Below are positions 46,858 through 56,755 of a DNA stretch of 64,000 nt, in pieces; the stretch's first letter is position 1, and the number at the start of each line of letters is the position of its first letter. The notes below the pieces were generated by a model. That model was given only the letters and a program-made list of their open reading frames with translations. It had not been told where the DNA came from and ran no database searches. The position numbers and the translations under genes were made by a program. The stretch is from positions 291,546 to 355,545 of the forward strand of contig JADJMZ010000007.1 in assembly GCA_016709315.1 (NCBI GenBank), written 5' to 3'. Source of the DNA: Ignavibacteria bacterium (GTDB taxonomy: Bacteria; Bacteroidota; Ignavibacteria; Tepidaquicellales; Tepidaquicellaceae).

Positions 46858-49667
46858 TTATCTGCAGCCTAATCCTGTTATTCCGTTTGGATCATATAAC
46901 TTGCTTGTTTCAGCAGCTCCTTTTGAAGGGATTCTGTTCTTGAAATTATATTTTGCATTCAGAAGATCTCTTTCCTGATTTTGCTTAAAGAGTATTTCCT
47001 GATTTAATGAATTTGCTCTCATTCCTGTTTCATATTTCTGTCTTTCAGCTTCTGTTTTGAATTCAGGCATTTGATCATTTTCATTCGGATTAATGGTTGG
47101 CGCTCCACCCGGAGGTCCTACCATTGTTACTCCCTGGTTGTTATCTACAATTGCAACATCATCAGCATCAACAAAATTATCTCCGGTTACATCTTCTACA
47201 ACATAACCTGACAATCCTGCAAATGCACCATTATCAACTAAGCTTAGATCTGAACCGTCTATGATCTCGTCCTGAGTGATATCACCGCCGTACATACCGT
47301 AGTATGGAGGTATAGATTTTTCACTGTTTAGATATGTTCCCGCTAAGTTATTTATTAAATCCAGTGTGAATGAACTGCCTCTTGTGTAAGCAAATCCGCC
47401 TGCTGTGCTCCAGGTTTTAATAGTGTTCCTGTGCTTAAATCCGAGATAATATGTACCGTTAATGCATGTGTGAATGTAGCACCTCCGTTTATACATCCGA
47501 AGTTTGTCAGGATTTTTACTACAGAATCAACTGCTACATTCGGGAAATCAGTTCTGTAAAGATATATTCTTAATGTATCCGGTATGACACTCGTTGGACT
47601 TGGTCTGTAAAATCCTTCAGGCATTGCGCATAATGTATTGGCTACAGGAGATGCAAGTGACTGCAGACAGATATTATCCAGATAAAGATTGTTTCCGAAT
47701 CCGCTCACAGCTTTGAATCTTATTTTGTCTGTTCCTGCAGGCAAAGCATAGTTCATTGGCGCCCACTGACCGCCTGATGTAGGTGAAAAATCATTGATCC
47801 TTGCTACAGTGTTCAGCGGAGCTCCTCCGTTTTCATTACCCCATAACCTGGCAAGATTTGTATATGTTGCGCCGCCGTTATTTGAAACTTCGATTATCAG
47901 AGAATCTGTATTTGTAAACCAAGGTGAATATGATCTGTCAAATGTTAAATATGTTCCTGCTGCTGTTGCTGCAAATTTATATGTTACAAGTGACTGGGAA
48001 GTACCTGCTGCAGCATTCCAGAAATCGAACTTTGCCGAACCTGTGCCCGATGCATAAGCGCTCGGTGTCTGTCTTGACCAGTATTGCGTTCCTGTAAATT
48101 CCAGAAGCATATCGCTTGGAGGGAATGTAGCTGAGGAAAAATCCTGACATATTGTACTTTTTGATATGTCGAGAGCTCCTGCCCAGCAGCTTGGTTTGTT
48201 GGAGCCAACCGGCGCTGCTTTGTCATCCATCCATACTGCTACGACTTTTCCGATACTCTGTGTGATACCAATGTAATCACCCATATATCCGCCGCCGAAT
48301 GGTGACATTTGCTTTGGTTTGAAATTGTGATCAGCGATCTTTACATCTCCCCATGTCGTGCCGCCGTCAAGTGATCTGGAAATATATACTGAACATGAAT
48401 CTCCTACAGAAGGGAAATTTCTGTTGTCATAATATACAACATTTACTCCGCCATCTGAATCAACACATACAGCCGGGAAGAACTGAACTTTTCCGTTGCT
48501 TACTGCATCCTGATTTACTCTGATACCGCCTGACCAAGTTGTTCCGCCGTCGGATGACCTGTGAAGAACAACGTCAGCGTCTGTTCCTGCCGGTGCCAGA
48601 TTTATCTGACTGACAACTATGTAGATCCAGCCGTTTCTTACTCCGCCGGTTTTATCTACTGCTATTCTCGGGAAACCGTTTGTTCTGATTCCCCAACCGT
48701 TAAATGAATTGGATCTGCTTCCGTTATCATCAAAAATGTTCTCTGTTGCAGTATAAGATGTTCCGCCGTTCACTGATTTAGCAAATCCTACAAAATCTTC
48801 AGTGAATGGTGATGAGGTTATACCTGCTGTCCAGGTAATATAAACATCTCCGTTAGGACCCACTGCCATATCATGACCCTGCGCATTATGTCCTGCAGGT
48901 GTTGCGTTTACTACTAAAGGTGCTGACCATGATACTCCTGAATTTAATGTTCTGGAAGTTCTTCCGTTTGCAGGAGCTGTTGAAAAACTTGTCCACGCAA
49001 AATAAGATTGCCCGTAATAAGGACTTGTCGGAGAATCATCAGTGGTTCCGAGATTCTTATCTGCATTTGCATCTGCAGATACCTGAACAGTTGTTGACCA
49101 GGTTGCACCGTTGTTAATTGACCTGTTGGCTCCCATTCCTGTTACTGCTCCGAAATTGGAAGCACTCGTAAGATGTGTAAAAAGGAAAACACCGTTTTTG
49201 TCAATCATCGGACCCGGATCTCCTCTTTGATCAAGTGTACTTGCGCCTGGAAGTGTCTCTGTTCCCGTCCAGGTTACTCCGCCGTCTAATGAAACATAAA
49301 CTCCGGAATTAATTTGTCCTGTGCTGAAGACATAAGCATTTGAAGATGCAAACAGAATGTTCCTGTTAGCAGGGCTGCTTACGATCGGTACTTCAGATTG
49401 TGAAAAATCGTTTGTTGCAGATGGATGAACCCTGACATTCGGATAAGTTACCATGACGCCGATTGGAGTAATGGTTGTCTGCGGCTCTGTAGTGAATTGT
49501 CTTATTTCAGAATAAACTGTCGGCAGTGGTTTATAATCTCCTGAGAGATTTACCACAGTCCTTGGATCCTGATTCCATCTCGGGTCATTATCTCCACCCG
49601 AAAATCCGGAATATGTGATCCATGAAGCTGTAAGAATTACAGCAAATAACAATAGCTTTAACTTCAT
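46858..49667 (-). pseudogene. BNR propeller + jelly-roll + KHRN/dockerin-like paralog carrying a single -1 frameshift near 47459-47462
   Basis: ORFs 47355-49667 and 46858-47496 overlap. Together they reproduce the full architecture of the 43894-46740 paralog. At the junction the minus strand reads gcattaacggtaca, where ...THALNGTYYLGFKHRNTIKTWS would need gcattaaacggtaca. Confidence 0.8.
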
Positions 49668-49730
49668 TTATTTCCCTTTCTTTTTTGTTTTAAAAAATAT
49701 TTTTAAATTATCATTTGAATAATTTCTTTT

Positions 49731-49771
49731 TTAAAAATAAAAAGGGAGCAATTTTTTATTTATTGCTCCCA
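49731..49771 (-). terminator. Rho-independent terminator of the 49827-54143 gene
   Basis: Minus strand: gggagcaat aaataaaaa attgctccc followed by a T-rich run. Confidence 0.7.
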
Positions 49772-49826
49772 ACTGTATTAGTTTCAGCTTATATTAATAA
49801 TCTGATTATATACTCATGTTAAAAAA

Positions 49827-52800
49827 TTATTTATTACTGTCATTTGTTCTCTTTTTGTCATCGGTATTTCTAAGAACATTATTCTTTTTTATTGCTTTAG
49901 AACCTAATGAATTTTTTGATTTAATAAAAGTATTTAATTCGGGTCCTGCTCCCGGAGGTGTTTCAGCAAAAATGCCTACATTGTTATCAACAATTGAAAG
50001 ATCTGTTGCATCCACAAAATAATCTCCGGTCAGATCTTCCGGAACGTATCCTGTAACCCCAATAGTACTGGCGTTATCTACAAAGCTCAGATCAGATGCA
50101 TCTATTGTTCTGTCATCGTTCACATCTCCGCTGTAGTTACAATACTTGGTTCCGACAAGCTTTAGATTACTGTTGTATGCCTGAGTAACCGCAGTTGTGA
50201 AATTGTAACTGAAAGGTGATCCTGAAGTATAGGATTCTCCTCCTGCCTTGCTCCATGTTTCTATGCCGTTCCTTGTCTTTACCTGCAGATAGTAAGTTCC
50301 TGAAGGCGCATTTGCAAAAAGAAATGATCCTGCAAATGTGACTGAATCAATTACTGATTTTGCAGAATCTACAATACTGTATGGCGGAGAAATATTTCTA
50401 AGATATACTCTTGATGTATCCCGAAGATTTAGTTTATTCAGACCCGTATTATAAAATCCCTGTATTATCATTGTAATGGTTGAAGGTACTGAAAGTCCTA
50501 CATTCAATCTAACTTTTACATCCTTGGCTGGAGTTACCGGATCATTTGATGAAATTCTCAGTTTGCCTGTGTAAGTTCCGGCTGCAAGTGTGTTGTTGAA
50601 AAATTTTACATCAACATTCTGATTACTGCTCGGTGCTACAGTTCCTGCTAAAGGATTTTCTGTGACCCATGGAAGTCCGCCCTTTTCAATTAATATTGCA
50701 AGATTATCATGAACGTAATTATTGTTGAATACCATCTGCAATCCGTCAGTGCTTGCAGAGTTTTCATTACCGATCGTTGCTGAATTCAATGGTGTTAAGG
50801 AAGTTAGATATTGAATATTTATTTTTCCGTTGTAATTCAGAATTATTTCAAATGTATAAGGTCCCCCTGTACTGTAGTGAGGAACATCTTTATACTCAAT
50901 AATGAATCTGTTATTTACAGCGTCATTGTAATAATAAATGGTTCCTGATGTTCTGACATCAAGATCATCCCAGAATCCGTAAATTGCATTGTTAGGTTCT
51001 ACTGCATCCGGTAATGCTGTATTTGAGTATGCAGCATTTGTTGAAGCTACATCAAATGAAACCCAGCCGTTTGTACATATCTTTAGCTGTGAATAACTGT
51101 TTCCGTAATATGAAAATGGTGTCGGAAGCGCAACCACAACTGATCCGTCGTCCCCAGTTCCGTTTGTCCATGTTGTTATTGCAGTTCCGGTTCCTGATAT
51201 ATCCACCCAGTTAAAAGCAGGTCCTCCCGGCTCGTCACTGTCTTTCCAGATGTAACCGAATACATCCGGTCCGCCTGAGCCGTCTGTTACATCCGGTCCG
51301 TGATATTTATCCCTGGCATCTTTGGTCTGATTCACCATTTCTGCAATTTGTTCTTTGCTAAAATTATTTTGCTGTTTAATATTATCAAATACTGCAGTTA
51401 GTTCTGTCAGAGACCAGTTCAATGCTGATCCTCCGGTATTTCCTATAAGTAGATTTCTTGTAGTTGAATCATTTCCTAAAGGCATATTTACAACAATTGA
51501 ATCATAAGAAGATGTTACTACCGGCGGAGGAGGTGGAGGTATTCCTGCAACTTTACAGATGCTGTCAATGTAAAGATTGTTTCCGAATCCGCTTTTCGCT
51601 GTAAATTTTATCATGTTAGTTCCTACAGGCAATGAGAAAGTTTTTGTCAGCCATTGTGAACTGGTCGGAGTAAACGCTGAACTAAGTGCAGTCGTAGTGT
51701 TTAATGTATTACTGTTACCTATAATAGCAGTAGTATTTCCGTACATTCTTACCAGAGATGAATATGTAGTTCCTGCGTTTGTAGATGATTCTATTATCAA
51801 TGAATCTGTAGAACCTGTATATGGAGCATAAGCATTATGAAATTTAAGCGAATCACCGTTTACTGATGATCCGAATGCAAGTGTTATTATTGATTCTATC
51901 GTTCCGCTGGGTGAACTCCAGAAATCATATTTTGCCGACCCTGCTCCAATCCCGTAACTGCTTACTGCATCCCGGGTCCAGTATGATCCTGTCGGGCTTA
52001 GAGTCCATAAATCCGGAGGGAACGTTGCTGAAGTAAATCCTTCGCATAGTGTTTGTTCTATTATTGTGAAATTGTATAACGCAGTTGAATCTTTGTGATG
52101 AGCTAAAGAATTATCCTGCGCAAATATTTTGTAATAAATTACATCTCCTAATACAACATCAGCATTAATTGAATTGAAAGCTGCGCTGAAACTGCTTCCG
52201 CTTGTGTTTATTAGTTTGAACTGTTTGGTCGGAGTAGGTGTATTCTTATACCATTTTACCCATGCTGAGTCAATTCCAAGATTGTCAGTTACAGTAGCTC
52301 CGACTGTTGAAGGCCAGTATGGCTTGGCTTGATTTCCTAATGGTGTATGCGTAATAACAGGATTTGTATTGTCTGTAGAAGCTATAAATGAATTCAAAAC
52401 TAAAGGTGCTCCTGAAGGTGATGTTGAAATCCTGTTCAGACTGTCTGAAGTTTTTATATAATATCTGTAAGTAGCTGCTGAGCCATTTGCAGGGATATTC
52501 GCTGTCCAGTTCGTTCCGCTTGAATTTGTCATAAGCAGACTGTCTGTTATTAAAGGATTATTTCTTGACCAGTATAATTTTGTCAGAGACGGATTAATAC
52601 CAGAACCTGAAGGAGTGATTACACAGTTTACTGCATAATTTCCTGTAAGCTGTTCCGTATTTGGCAATGGCGTATGTGTAATTGAAGGTCCGATATCTAT
52701 TGATGCTATCCATGCCTGATAAGAACCGGTTATGTCATCAGCCCAGTAAGGCCAGATCTTTCCGTTACCGGAAGTTATTCCTATATAATCTCCCTGATAA

Positions 52801-54143
52801 CCTGTAGCTAATCCGGATATTGGTTTTGGCATGAATTTATGATCGGAAACCAAAATTTCTGACCACGTGCTTCCTCCGTCAATTGATCTTGACACATAAA
52901 TTTGTGCAGAATCATTTGTCGGAATGTTCCGCGTATCATAATAATTTATATTTACTCCGCCGTATTCATCAACTCTGACTGAAGGCATATACTGATATTT
53001 TCCGTTTCCGGCTGCATCCTGATTCACTCTTGATGATGTCCAGGTAGATCCGCTGTTTGTTGACCGGTGAAGTATTACATCTGATACATCTGTTGCAGGA
53101 GCAACTGTTTTTTCGGCTGTAACCACATAGATCCATCCGTTTCTTGCTCCGCCTGTTCTGTCAACATCAATTCTGGGAAATCCGTTTGTTCTTATGCTGT
53201 TGAACATACTTGCTGACCTGATACCGTTCATGTTATCAGCACTGTTTGTTGAAACTGCCCAGGTAACTCCGCCGTCAAGCGATTTTGCAAATCCAAGGGA
53301 ATCTTCAGTTGAATTTTGACCGTTAGTCGTACAGTTTGCCCAGACTACATAAACTTCTCCATTAGGTCCGATCCTTACATCACAACCCTGATGATGATGA
53401 CCTGTAGAAGGCGGAGGACTGACAGGTGCAATTGTTGACCAGCTTACTCCGCCATTTGTAGTAAATGAACTTACTATCCTGTTTGTATATGTTCCTGCGA
53501 ATTCTGTATAAACAGTATAACTTCTTCCGTAATATGCGCTTGAAGGTGCGTCATCAGTTCCTGATAAATTTTTATCTGCGCTTGTTGATGCTCCTGGATA
53601 AGTTACTGTCGGAGCCCAGTTTATACCGTTGTTTGAAGAATAACTTGCACCCATTGAACCGGTTGTAGTAATATAAGACATTAAAAAAATTCCGTTCTTG
53701 TCAATCATCGGACCCGGATCTCCATAACTAAATCCGCCGTTATTCAAAGTATCGCTCCCAAACCATGATACTCCACCGTTAGTTGTTACATATACTCCGG
53801 TGCTGAATGTAGAACCCCCTCTGAATGTATTGGCTGAAGCAAGCATTATCAGCTGATTGGAAGGATGTCTGGTAATTGGAACTTCGCTCTGAGTACCGGC
53901 GCTCGGATGGACTCTGAAGTTGGGTGAAACTGCATAAACACCGTTTGGTGTGGAAATGTATCGGGTCGATGTGCTGAAAACAACATTATCATTCTGAGGT
54001 AATGGAACATATTCACTTTGCTGAATCATCCTTGTCATTCGGGAATCAATATTCCATTTTTCGGGTCTGTCCTGTGACTTCTGACCCATGAACAAAATTA
54101 AACTTAATGATAAAACTGGCAGAAGAAATAAAAATTTTTTCAT
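49827..54143 (-). CDS. Giant (1438 aa) secreted BNR propeller + Ig-like + jelly-roll + NIDO-like insert protein with KTRN-IETWS module and dockerin-like repeats
   Basis: Signal peptide. Collinear with the 39565-42903 paralog, for example GPSITHTPLPNTEQLTGNYAVNCVITPSGSGINPSLTKL. About 356 extra aa lie after a PPPPP linker. GTYYLQVKTRNGIETWS. GDVNDDRTIDASDLSFVDN ... DLTGDYFVDATDLSIVDNN. PPGAGP followed by a basic tail. Confidence 0.85.
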   Translation of the reverse strand: MKKFLFLLPVLSLSLILFMGQKSQDRPEKWNIDSRMTRMIQQSEYVPLPQNDNVVFSTSTRYISTPNGVYAVSPNFRVHPSAGTQSEVPITRHPSNQLIMLASANTFRGGSTFSTGVYVTTNGGVSWFGSDTLNNGGFSYGDPGPMIDKNGIFLMSYITTTGSMGASYSSNNGINWAPTVTYPGASTSADKNLSGTDDAPSSAYYGRSYTVYTEFAGTYTNRIVSSFTTNGGVSWSTIAPVSPPPSTGHHHQGCDVRIGPNGEVYVVWANCTTNGQNSTEDSLGFAKSLDGGVTWAVSTNSADNMNGIRSASMFNSIRTNGFPRIDVDRTGGARNGWIYVVTAEKTVAPATDVSDVILHRSTNSGSTWTSSRVNQDAAGNGKYQYMPSVRVDEYGGVNINYYDTRNIPTNDSAQIYVSRSIDGGSTWSEILVSDHKFMPKPISGLATGYQGDYIGITSGNGKIWPYWADDITGSYQAWIASIDIGPSITHTPLPNTEQLTGNYAVNCVITPSGSGINPSLTKLYWSRNNPLITDSLLMTNSSGTNWTANIPANGSAATYRYYIKTSDSLNRISTSPSGAPLVLNSFIASTDNTNPVITHTPLGNQAKPYWPSTVGATVTDNLGIDSAWVKWYKNTPTPTKQFKLINTSGSSFSAAFNSINADVVLGDVIYYKIFAQDNSLAHHKDSTALYNFTIIEQTLCEGFTSATFPPDLWTLSPTGSYWTRDAVSSYGIGAGSAKYDFWSSPSGTIESIITLAFGSSVNGDSLKFHNAYAPYTGSTDSLIIESSTNAGTTYSSLVRMYGNTTAIIGNSNTLNTTTALSSAFTPTSSQWLTKTFSLPVGTNMIKFTAKSGFGNNLYIDSICKVAGIPPPPPPVVTSSYDSIVVNMPLGNDSTTRNLLIGNTGGSALNWSLTELTAVFDNIKQQNNFSKEQIAEMVNQTKDARDKYHGPDVTDGSGGPDVFGYIWKDSDEPGGPAFNWVDISGTGTAITTWTNGTGDDGSVVVALPTPFSYYGNSYSQLKICTNGWVSFDVASTNAAYSNTALPDAVEPNNAIYGFWDDLDVRTSGTIYYYNDAVNNRFIIEYKDVPHYSTGGPYTFEIILNYNGKINIQYLTSLTPLNSATIGNENSASTDGLQMVFNNNYVHDNLAILIEKGGLPWVTENPLAGTVAPSSNQNVDVKFFNNTLAAGTYTGKLRISSNDPVTPAKDVKVRLNVGLSVPSTITMIIQGFYNTGLNKLNLRDTSRVYLRNISPPYSIVDSAKSVIDSVTFAGSFLFANAPSGTYYLQVKTRNGIETWSKAGGESYTSGSPFSYNFTTAVTQAYNSNLKLVGTKYCNYSGDVNDDRTIDASDLSFVDNASTIGVTGYVPEDLTGDYFVDATDLSIVDNNVGIFAETPPGAGPELNTFIKSKNSLGSKAIKKNNVLRNTDDKKRTNDSNK

Positions 54144-54472
54144 TTTTTCCCTTTCTTGAAGTGTTTTATTTTTAGATGAGTTTCTGCAAAATATTCTTAT
54201 TGATTTAAATAATCAACTGTAAATTATAAATATGTATACATTTTTTATTTGTTATTCTGAACCTGATTAATATACCAATAATGTCTTCTGTATATTTTAT
54301 TTATACATTTACTCAGATGTTACAATTCAAATTTTGTTACAATAATAATTTTGTGCATCTGAATTGTTTTATTATTTAATTGTCAGAAACTTCTTTACTG
54401 ATTATGCTTATTAAAAATGTATGTCATTTATATTTTAATTTTTATAACAAATGAATTTCATTAATTTGTATT

Positions 54473-55849
54473 ATGAAAATTTTAAAATCACATAACTATG
54501 TTTTTATGCAAAATTGTAATAATTCATATAAATCAGTATTTAAATTAAAAATATTTTATTTAATTTTATTGTTTCTCATTTTTATTAACAATATTGTTTA
54601 TTCTCAGAATTACTGGATAAAAAATCCAAGTCCGACTTCGTTAATCCTTACAGAGGTTTATTTTATAAATAATAATACCGGATGGATCGCAGGTGATTCA
54701 GGCGCTGTATTCCGGACTACAGATCAGGGTTTAAACTGGATTAAGCAGAGTACTTACGTTGACAATTATATTCTTAGCATTTTTTTTATTAATGAAAACA
54801 CCGGCTGGGCAGTATCCTGGGATGTGTTTCCCGATTCAGGAAGTTTTTTCGGTACAATAATGCTGCGAACTACAAACGGAGGTGATAACTGGGACAGGTC
54901 AATGTTCTCCGATTCCAATCGTTTTCTGAAATCTGTTTACTTCCTGGATCAGATGACTGGATTTGCCGGAGGTGCTCCGGGCGGAGTTTTTAAAACTTCT
55001 GACGGAGGTATTAACTGGGCTCTTACAGAAACAGATTCTGCTTCTACTTTCATATTGCCTGTGGAAAATTTTAAATTCTTAGATTCTCAGACAGGTTATG
55101 CATGCGGTGGTTTCAGAGATCTTGCAGGCTCAATGTGGAAAACTACTAATGGCGGGAACTTATGGAAAATTTCGATCGTAGGTCCTGAACCTTTAAATGA
55201 TCTTTACATTAATAATTCAAACAAATTAATCGCTGTCGGCGGAGATTTTGAATACGGATCGAGTTATGTTAAAACTACAAATTCGGGAGATAACTGGATT
55301 TATGACACGCTCGGAATTTTCGGTGTATCTTCTTCAATTGATTTCCGAAACAAATCAGAAGCATGGATATCAGTAGGTCAGAAATTTGTCTACTCGCTTG
55401 ACACAGGAAATTCATGGAGATCAGTCTTCACTCCTGACAGCATCAGAATTGAAGACCTTTGCTTTACAGATACTTCTCACGGCTGGGCTGTAGGTTATAA
55501 CGGATATGTTCTTAAATATTATAACCCTTCATCCGTTATTAATAATCATATTCAATCTGCAAATCCGAATACATTTGTCCTTGAGCAGAATTATCCTAAT
55601 CCTTTTAATCCAAAGACAATTATCAGATATCAGATAACGGAATATAGTAATGTATCTTTAAAAGTATTTGACGCTTTGGGAAAAGAAGTTGTAACATTAA
55701 TTAAAGAGAAACAAAACGCCGGTAATTATTCCGTTGAATTTGACACACGCATGAATCAACAGGGTACCGATATACCAAGCGGTGTATATTTTTATAAATT
55801 GGAAACTGATAAATTTGTTCAGACTAAAGCAATGATTCTGTTGAAATAA
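54473..55849 (+). CDS. Ycf48-like BNR propeller protein with T9SS C-terminal sorting domain
   Basis: TTDQGLNW, TTNGGDNW, TSDGGINW, TTNGGNLW, TTNSGDNW. C-terminus NYPNPFNPKTIIRY...KAMILLK. Start is uncertain (alternative Met at MQNC...). Confidence 0.8.
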   Translation: MKILKSHNYVFMQNCNNSYKSVFKLKIFYLILLFLIFINNIVYSQNYWIKNPSPTSLILTEVYFINNNTGWIAGDSGAVFRTTDQGLNWIKQSTYVDNYILSIFFINENTGWAVSWDVFPDSGSFFGTIMLRTTNGGDNWDRSMFSDSNRFLKSVYFLDQMTGFAGGAPGGVFKTSDGGINWALTETDSASTFILPVENFKFLDSQTGYACGGFRDLAGSMWKTTNGGNLWKISIVGPEPLNDLYINNSNKLIAVGGDFEYGSSYVKTTNSGDNWIYDTLGIFGVSSSIDFRNKSEAWISVGQKFVYSLDTGNSWRSVFTPDSIRIEDLCFTDTSHGWAVGYNGYVLKYYNPSSVINNHIQSANPNTFVLEQNYPNPFNPKTIIRYQITEYSNVSLKVFDALGKEVVTLIKEKQNAGNYSVEFDTRMNQQGTDIPSGVYFYKLETDKFVQTKAMILLK

Positions 55850-55897
55850 AATTAACCTGAAGTCAAATGTGTTTAGATTATCAGTAAATTTATAAAA

Positions 55898-55940
55898 TAA
55901 AAAAGAGTCACTGCCGTATTTGCAGTGACTCTTAAATAAT
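55898..55940. terminator. Bidirectional hairpin terminator between convergent genes
   Basis: agagtcactgc cgtattt gcagtgactct, flanked by an A-run and a T/A-rich run. Confidence 0.7.
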
Positions 55941-55972
55941 AATTTTGATGCCTTATTCTTTGTTAAGAACTT

Positions 55973-56725
55973 TTAAAAACCTACACTTATTCCTGTAAAT
56001 CCTCCCCAGTTAACCGTGCTTAGCTTTTCGACAGAACTGGAACTCAATAAATTATTAAGTCCTCCGTATTGTGCTTTTGTACCAAGTATGACTGCAACGA
56101 ATGGATTTAGATAATATTTTCCCGTAAGTGTTCCGTTTAGACCAAAATCAAAATCCTTGAAACCGCTTACTGCATTTTCTGCATTAAGAAGTATTCCGAA
56201 ATATGGTCCGCCGGTGAATGAGATTCCAACCTTATCAGAAACCATTGTACTGTAATTTATATTCAAAGGAATATTCAGATAACTGTTATTAAGGTCCTGC
56301 ACTAATGAATCTCCGGTCGTAAGCGGATTTGCATACGGGACGGTTATTCCGAAATTTTTCTTTGTGAAATCAAGACCTGTGGTAAAATTTAAAATATTAA
56401 ACAGATTAAGATTTAGTAGAGCGCCAAACTGAAAGCCGCCCTTTGATTCAGTATTCACTGTATTCGAAGTAGATTTTTCGCTCACATTTGCGCTGGTTGT
56501 ACCGTATCCGACCTGAAAGTCTATTGAAGCGCCGATAAAACTGCCAGCAATCTTCTTATGCATTTTTAAAGCTGCATTATAATCTTTTGAAAATATTTCC
56601 TTTGAATAATCTTTTGATGAATTTATTTTCAGCTTCGGATCAAAATTTATTTCTGCTGACGAATAAGATGAACTGATTATCATTAAACAGAATAATATCA
56701 ATGAAGCTAGTGATGTTCTTTTCAT
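55973..56725 (-). CDS. Outer-membrane beta-barrel protein (porin-family-like)
   Basis: Signal peptide, alternating strands, and a C-terminal GISVGF with terminal Phe. Confidence 0.55.
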   Translation of the reverse strand: MKRTSLASLILFCLMIISSSYSSAEINFDPKLKINSSKDYSKEIFSKDYNAALKMHKKIAGSFIGASIDFQVGYGTTSANVSEKSTSNTVNTESKGGFQFGALLNLNLFNILNFTTGLDFTKKNFGITVPYANPLTTGDSLVQDLNNSYLNIPLNINYSTMVSDKVGISFTGGPYFGILLNAENAVSGFKDFDFGLNGTLTGKYYLNPFVAVILGTKAQYGGLNNLLSSSSVEKLSTVNWGGFTGISVGF

Positions 56726-56755
56726 TTTCTTTAATTTATTTGATTAAAAATTATT

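Noticed and set aside
47355-47496. Programmed ribosomal frameshift joining the two ORFs of the split paralog
   Set aside because: There is no slippery heptamer plus downstream structure of the usual kind. The site is a short A-run like the two photolyase breaks, so an indel (real or from sequencing) is the simpler explanation.
22462-54143. Calling the island a cellulosome
   Set aside because: Dockerin-like Ca-loop repeats are present, but no cohesin or scaffoldin and no recognisable glycoside hydrolase catalytic domain is seen in the window. The heads are propellers and a peptidase. The term would over-interpret the evidence.
30179-54143. Annotating the Asp-box propellers as sialidases
   Set aside because: Only BNR/Asp-box repeats are visible. 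I could not identify the sialidase catalytic Arg triad, the RIP motif or the nucleophile Tyr by eye. Only the fold family is claimed, not enzymatic activity.
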